In this document: piece after piece, positions 15,801 through 20,000 of the stretch
How positions within the stretch are numbered: position 1 is the first letter of the stretch
Layout: the number at the start of each line of letters is the position of its first letter
Assembly: GCA_018221105.1 (NCBI GenBank)
Contig: JAAOYA010000005.1
Span: 50,950-70,949 of the forward strand
Origin: Candidatus Woesearchaeota archaeon
GTDB taxonomy: Archaea; Nanobdellota; Nanobdellia; Woesearchaeales; JAAOYA01
Direction of reading: 5' to 3'
DNA: 20,000 bases
Notes under the pieces: model-generated
Database searches by the model: none
Told to the model about the DNA's origin: nothing
Seen by the model: the letters and a program-made list of their open reading frames with translations, nothing else
Program-made: the position numbers and the translations under genes

Positions 15801-16415
15801 ATCTGTCAGTTCAGTAAAACAACGAGCTATTTCTTTATCATCAGGATCGTATGTTTTATAACCCATTTTTTTTCTTATAAAATCTGCAATTATCACACTA
15901 ACTGACGCTGCCGTGCCACCAGCATTACGTATTGGTCCAGAATAATTCAGACAAAAGTATTGCCCTGTACCATCACGACGATTTTTAAGCTCTAAATTCA
16001 CAAATCCGTCAAGCGGACTGCTAACAACTCCTACAGTGACGTACGCAAAGCCTGTTTTAATGCCCATTTCCATAGCTTCGATTTTGTCTTTAAACTTGCA
16101 AAATTTTTCTTGTGCTACTTCTAAAGCTATTTGCAATGCCACGCGCCAATCCAAAATACCGTACTGTTTTTCTAATTCTATAATGCGCTTTACAGCACCA
16201 TCACTTTGGGCAAGTTGTGGGGCGACAACAGAAATTATTCCAACAACACGCTCTGCCATGTTTTTTGCAAGCACGATTTCAACATCAGGCACCGGATCGT
16301 AACCTTTAGCGCGAGCTTTTTTGGCGTGCACAAAAGCGCTCTGCGTTTTACTCGTTAACTCTTTAAAATATTCAATCATTTGAGGGCTTGCTTGCACTAT
16401 TTTAATCACTTCCAA
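12834..16415 (-). CDS. polC: DNA polymerase D large subunit DP2
   Basis: YSGPIRNAGGTA, GGFRLRYGRSRTSG, RMGRPEKAK, KDGTVRYD, LAPHTSAG, catalytic DGD, zinc-binding CxxC motifs, C-terminal PIP box QVGLGSWF; no intein. Confidence 0.97.
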   Translation of the reverse strand: MEVIKIVQASPQMIEYFKELTSKTQSAFVHAKKARAKGYDPVPDVEIVLAKNMAERVVGIISVVAPQLAQSDGAVKRIIELEKQYGILDWRVALQIALEVAQEKFCKFKDKIEAMEMGIKTGFAYVTVGVVSSPLDGFVNLELKNRRDGTGQYFCLNYSGPIRNAGGTAASVSVIIADFIRKKMGYKTYDPDDKEIARCFTELTDYHERVTNLQYFPSKEEADFIVVNLPVEIAGDPSEKIEVSNYKDLPRVSTNRIRNGFCLMHSSCIPLKAPKLWRQIEEWGEDFEMGHWSFLKDFLKIQKKVKSHGEKTKGASEKVTPDYTFIADLVAGRPVLGYPMRPGGFRLRYGRSRTSGYSGDSISPATMQVLDDYIATGTQLKIERPGKGTTFTPCDSIEGPIVKLVDGSVKKFNNAQIAKQYKKQVSKILYLGDVLVNYGDFLNRAHVLVPPGYVEEWWILEFKKAAKELFSEYTTQQLAGFLGLDVDTLQLMLDKPLRAWPDAKTAILFCEKLKIPLHPSHTYFFKLISSQQLLTLKDSLLKAPSQPSSDLTKIVMPLDKELKEILEVLGVEHTVATNEFIVLKDDPAIILKYLLTNELLTPKTLVQENSADALDFLNKHSKIVLRDKAGIFVGSRMGRPEKAKMRKLIGSPHVLFPVGEEGGRLRCFQSALDVGKITSSFPIYKCEKCAKQTINTICEDCETKTIKQYHCLDCRAISDLPCDKTGVNKNTGEKEVHISLPYVSREIDIKYHFNQALKKLKMKQYPDLIKGVRGTSNVEHSQEHLAKGILRAVHDVHVNKDGTVRYDASELAITHFKPKEIRVSVQKLQELGYTIDVFGKALDSEDQVLELKPQDVLLPCCPDSPDKPADEVLFKITRFIDEELVKLYGQKPFYNLKSPDDLVGHLIIGLAPHTSAGSVGRIIGFTKTQGFFAHPLYHAAMRRDVDGDESCFILLMDAFVNFSRKYLPSHRGGTMDAPLVLTTVLTPAEVDDMAFDVDRVWNYPLEFYEAALDYKNPWDVKINTIKDELNKVSQYEGMGYTHDTTNLNDGVLCSAYKLLPTMEEKLKGQMILAEKINAVDEAGVAKLVIEKHFLRDIKGNLRKFSMQKFRCVACNDKYRRPPLVGKCTNCGGRIIFTISEGSIAKYLEPSISLAKQYNVGAYLRQSLELTKVRFEDNFGKEVDKQVGLGSWFG

Positions 16416-18018
16416 ACTTCAAAATTTTGACGTCGCGAGTTTGTAAATTAACTATTGGAACACGTGAGGGTTGAATTTTTTCATGGCCTGTTTTTATTTG
16501 AAAATCAGTCATTGGCTCCCAACAACTACCACAAATCATTGTAACATTTCGATAATTAGCCGCCGAGGTATAATGAATATGACCAGTTAAAAAAAAGTCC
16601 GGTACCTGGCTGATTACTAAATTATCGTTTTTTGGGTCTGGCACGTAAAGTGTTGAAGAGTGCGTAGGTGCTAGATGACGACGTTGCAATAAATATTTCA
16701 TTACCAAGTCAGCCCTTTCATACCCGCCATTTTGTCGCAGCGTTGCAACATTATTTACGTAATATACAAGACTATAACCATGATACATTAACATATTGAA
16801 ACCTGAAAAATCTTTTGTGCCACCAAAATTAATAATTGCTGGATTACTAACAAAAGTAAGATTTGACATTTTAAAAAGTTCTGGTGCGAAACTTTCATTA
16901 AGTACTGGTTGTGGCTCTGACATTCTCATAGGATCGTGATTGCCTGCTTGAACAATAATTTGAATATTTTTTGGAATCAAAGCCAATAATTCAGTGCATT
17001 TTTGGTATTGTTTGTAAATATCGTCTATTTTCAAATCGTCTTCCATTCCAGGATAAATTCCTATTCCCGCAACTAAATCTCCAGCAATAAAAATATAGCT
17101 TACTTTACTAGCAATACTTTTTTGTTCGTCACTGCCAACCTCGCCACGAAGCCATTTGATAAATTTTAGAAAATCTTCTTCTAAAAATAAACCGCTACCA
17201 ACATGCAAATCACTCAAAAATAGTGCGTATTCTTCTACTGGACTTTTTTTTAGTTCTTTGTGGATTGGGATGTCTGGCAAAAAAACATTATTTGCGAAAA
17301 TGATTTTTTCTCCGCTAGTACCACTTATTCCAATGACTTCGTCTTCAACACAATTGTTTACCATGTCAAAAATGTCTGGTTTGTTTTTGTTTACAATAAC
17401 ACCTATCTCGCCTGTTGGATCTTCAATTACCAATCTAATGTTATTGTTTTTTGTTATGTTTTTTTCTTTGATCAGTCCTATGCATGCTACACTTTCACGG
17501 TCTTTTTTGTTTAATATTTTATTAATACTAATAGAGCTTTGTAATTCTTGACGGTTCATCAATATATTTTTTAGTGCTTTATAGCGAACAGTAAAATACC
17601 CGACAAAATCGCTAACGTCTCGCTTGCGACTTTTTTCAGCATAATTAAAAATAATATTTACTGGTCTTAAATTGCTATTAACAAGAGTTTCCGGTTTTTT
17701 TGGCTCTGGTGTACTCGCATAATCAAGCATTTTGTCATAGACCGGAGCACTGCCCTTTTTTTCTAGTTGTACACGATTTTTTTCAAGCTCTTGCCAATTA
17801 AAATCGTCAATACCCCCATCTAAGAGTTTTTCAACATCCTCATTTAATACTGTTACTTGTGAGGTGTCAGTTTTTTCTAAAATTTTATCATAGATTACAC
17901 TAGCTTTTTGTTCGTCGTCAATCTTATCTAATAATTCTTTGTTTATCAACAAATTATTTTTTAATAGTAAGTTGACGATTTTTTTCTTTTTTTCAAAAAG
18001 TACTATTTCTTGGCTCAT
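16402..18018 (-). CDS. polB: DNA polymerase D small (proofreading exonuclease) subunit DP1
   Basis: OB fold (IEDPTGEI) plus Mre11-like motifs SDLHVG, GDLVxGIGIYPG, GNHD, YHG, RRHLAP, GHIH; 14-nt overlap with DP2. Confidence 0.96.
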   Translation of the reverse strand: MSQEIVLFEKKKKIVNLLLKNNLLINKELLDKIDDEQKASVIYDKILEKTDTSQVTVLNEDVEKLLDGGIDDFNWQELEKNRVQLEKKGSAPVYDKMLDYASTPEPKKPETLVNSNLRPVNIIFNYAEKSRKRDVSDFVGYFTVRYKALKNILMNRQELQSSISINKILNKKDRESVACIGLIKEKNITKNNNIRLVIEDPTGEIGVIVNKNKPDIFDMVNNCVEDEVIGISGTSGEKIIFANNVFLPDIPIHKELKKSPVEEYALFLSDLHVGSGLFLEEDFLKFIKWLRGEVGSDEQKSIASKVSYIFIAGDLVAGIGIYPGMEDDLKIDDIYKQYQKCTELLALIPKNIQIIVQAGNHDPMRMSEPQPVLNESFAPELFKMSNLTFVSNPAIINFGGTKDFSGFNMLMYHGYSLVYYVNNVATLRQNGGYERADLVMKYLLQRRHLAPTHSSTLYVPDPKNDNLVISQVPDFFLTGHIHYTSAANYRNVTMICGSCWEPMTDFQIKTGHEKIQPSRVPIVNLQTRDVKILKFGSD

Positions 18019-18019
18019 G

Positions 18020-19228
18020 TTACAATCCCAAACTAGTATCTAATAATTCTTTAATTTTTGATTCAACGCTTTTACCAACATTAAAGTTTATTTCTCGAGT
18101 CCTACCATAGCGTCCTTTTGAGATGACTTTAGCGGTTATTATTCCAAGCATGTCCATCTCAGCGATAATGTCTGATAAACGCCTTTGTGTTAATGGTCGC
18201 AGACCTATTTTTTTACAAAGTGCTTTGTAATGCTCGTATACGTCCCCTGTGAAAATTGTTCTGTTGCCTTTACTTTTTACTGCTGAAATGCTATAAAGTG
18301 TTGCTTGAAATTGTTTTGGCTGCAATCGTACAATATCTTGTATTCTGTCACGCTCTATTTTTTCTTCTGCGTCATCAATATTGGCGATTGTTACTTTTTC
18401 TTTGCCGTCACGCTCTGCTATCTCACCTGCAACACGCAACAATTCTAAAGCTCTCCGCGCATCGCCATGTTCTCTTGCGGCGTACGCTGCACATTTTTCT
18501 AGTACTCCTTCTTCTAATACTTCTTTTTTGAAAGCGTTTTTTGCTCTGTCGCGCAAAATATTTTGTATTTGTAGGGCGTTGTATGGTGGAAATATTATTT
18601 CTTCCTCGGAGAGCGAGCTTTTGACGCGAGGATCTAATCCGTCAGAAAAAATCAGATCATTAGATATTCCAATGATTGATATTTGAGCTTTTTTAAGTTC
18701 TGAATTGACACGCGTTAAATTGTATAATATTTCATCGCCTGCTTTTTTTACTAGTTGATCAATCTCATCAAGTATTAGTATTACAACGCGTTCTTTGCTG
18801 TCAACAGTGTTAAAAAATATATTGTAAACCTCGTCTGTTGGAAGGCCTGTCGGAGGTATTTCTTTTCCAAACTCGCGGGCTAGTTGTGCTATAAGGCGGT
18901 ATTCTGTGTCAGCAACTTTTTTTAGTTTGCAATTAATATAATATATTTCAACAGGGATGTTGTTATCACCTGCTATTTCTGTTATTTTTTCAGTCGTGTG
19001 TTTTATTGAGAGTGTTTTTCCAGTGCCTGTTTTTCCATAAACAAATAAATTTGATGGTTTTTCTGTTTTTAGTGATGGTGCTAGAATTTTTGCTATTTGT
19101 TCTATTTGTTCGTCACGATGACTGATGTTTTCTGGAATGTAGCTTGATTGTAATACTTTTTTATTTTCGAATAAGCTATCCGATGCTATAAATTTTTCAA
19201 AAAATCCTGTTAGTCCTTTTGTTTTCAT
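18020..19228 (-). CDS. cdc6: Orc1/Cdc6 replication initiator
   Basis: GKTGTGKT Walker A, LDEID Walker B, LDPRVKSSL, GDARRALELL, wHTH ISKGRYGRTREI. Confidence 0.97.
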   Translation of the reverse strand: MKTKGLTGFFEKFIASDSLFENKKVLQSSYIPENISHRDEQIEQIAKILAPSLKTEKPSNLFVYGKTGTGKTLSIKHTTEKITEIAGDNNIPVEIYYINCKLKKVADTEYRLIAQLAREFGKEIPPTGLPTDEVYNIFFNTVDSKERVVILILDEIDQLVKKAGDEILYNLTRVNSELKKAQISIIGISNDLIFSDGLDPRVKSSLSEEEIIFPPYNALQIQNILRDRAKNAFKKEVLEEGVLEKCAAYAAREHGDARRALELLRVAGEIAERDGKEKVTIANIDDAEEKIERDRIQDIVRLQPKQFQATLYSISAVKSKGNRTIFTGDVYEHYKALCKKIGLRPLTQRRLSDIIAEMDMLGIITAKVISKGRYGRTREINFNVGKSVESKIKELLDTSLGL

Positions 19229-19275
19229 TAACCTCTACCCCCTCAATAAAGTGTTATCATTTTTTTAAAAGTGAA

Positions 19276-19697
19276 TTCCATGAGAAACATAGGTATTTAA
19301 ATTTTGTTGTTTTATAAAATACACACCCTATTGTTTCTTTTGGAAATTTTCATACAAAAAAAAATCGGTGTTTTGTTATTTTAGTTAAAAAAATGCAAAA
19401 CTCGAAAATAACTTTTTGATATTATATAATGTTTAATAAATTATTAATAATATATTTTATATTATATATATTATTTAACTTTCTATTTTTTTGACTGAAA
19501 AATATTTTTTCAATATAGAAAATATAATATTATATTATATATATTATATTATATATTATATAAATATATATTTATATTATATATATTAAAGTAAAGTAAA
19601 AGAATAGGATTCTATCACGCTAAACAATGACAGTAGAGTGTTTTTTTCAAAAAAGTGTTTTTTTTTCAATTTCAACCTCCAAACGAAACAAAGGTGT
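19276..19697. other. Replication origin oriC: three ORBs and an AT-rich DUE
   Basis: ORB-like TTCCATGAGAAACATAGGT (19276-19294, +), TTCCAAAAGAAACAATAGGGTGTG (19322-19345, -) and CTCCAAACGAAACAAAGGTGT (19677-19697, +); the inverted pair flanks a very AT-rich tract at about 19420-19590 upstream of cdc6. Confidence 0.88.
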
Positions 19698-19777
19698 CTG
19701 TCAAAGCCAAAAATATACACTTTTTTCATTAATAAACATAAAAAATCTTTTACTATCAACCAGTAGTTAAAAAACCG

Positions 19778-19797
19778 AAAGCTTTTTATATAAAATA
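19778..19797 (+). promoter_or_regulatory. BRE/TATA promoter of the TrmB-family gene
   Basis: GAAAGC-TTTTTATATAAAAT about 55 nt upstream of ATG 19852. Confidence 0.5.
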
Positions 19798-19851
19798 ACA
19801 CTTTTCGTCTAAAAAAGCATAACAATAATACTTATCAGAGGCTTAAAAAAT

Positions 19852-20000
19852 ATGATAGTTGATAACAACTTTTTAAAAAAAATACGTGACTTTGGACTGA
19901 ACTCCTACGAAGCAAAGATTTGGACTGCTTTATTATCGCGTGGTGTTTCGACAGCAGGAGAATTATCAGACATTGCCAATGTTCCACGATCACGATCATA
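19852..20000 (+). CDS. TrmB-family HTH regulator/chromatin protein, 5' part only (runs off the window)
   Basis: MIVDNNFLKKIRDFGLNSYEAKIWTALLSRGVSTAGELSDIANVPRSRS matches the TrmB N-terminal wHTH pattern. Confidence 0.9.
   Translation, partial: MIVDNNFLKKIRDFGLNSYEAKIWTALLSRGVSTAGELSDIANVPRSRS

Noticed and set aside
12865..18686. Plus-strand ORFs opposite DP2, DP1 and cdc6, and similar shadows of the ATPase and ORFs 280, 5533 and 9940
   Set aside because: Antisense or alternate-frame shadows of well-supported genes.
19586..19825. 79-aa minus-strand ORF in the origin region
   Set aside because: F/K/L-rich artefact of AT-rich DNA overlapping an ORB and the trmB promoter.

Overview
Archaeal chromosome window, probably DPANN/Nanobdellota (Woesearchaeota-like; inferred from gene content and style only). 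The right third is the core replication locus: DP2 and DP1 (DNA polymerase D) and orc1/cdc6 on the minus strand, an origin with three ORB boxes around an AT-rich unwinding element, and the start of a divergent TrmB-family gene. The left two-thirds hold two plus-strand accessory islands (about 1-5385 and 8100-12812) separated by a coiled-coil gene, a HerA/VirB4-like ATPase and a small ORF. The islands are packed with tiny orphan ORFs, mostly membrane proteins with strong AAGGAGG ribosome-binding sites, and both end in the same ~58-bp terminator module. The standout is an apparently non-coding ~1.63-kb segment (10877-12501) that folds almost end to end into long G·U-containing helices on the plus strand. 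It has several pseudoknot/kissing pairings and two homologous D-arm-less tRNA-like modules (anticodon-like loops GCG and CAU). It is a candidate undescribed giant structured ncRNA. All pairings were identified by eye; no folding or database search was run.
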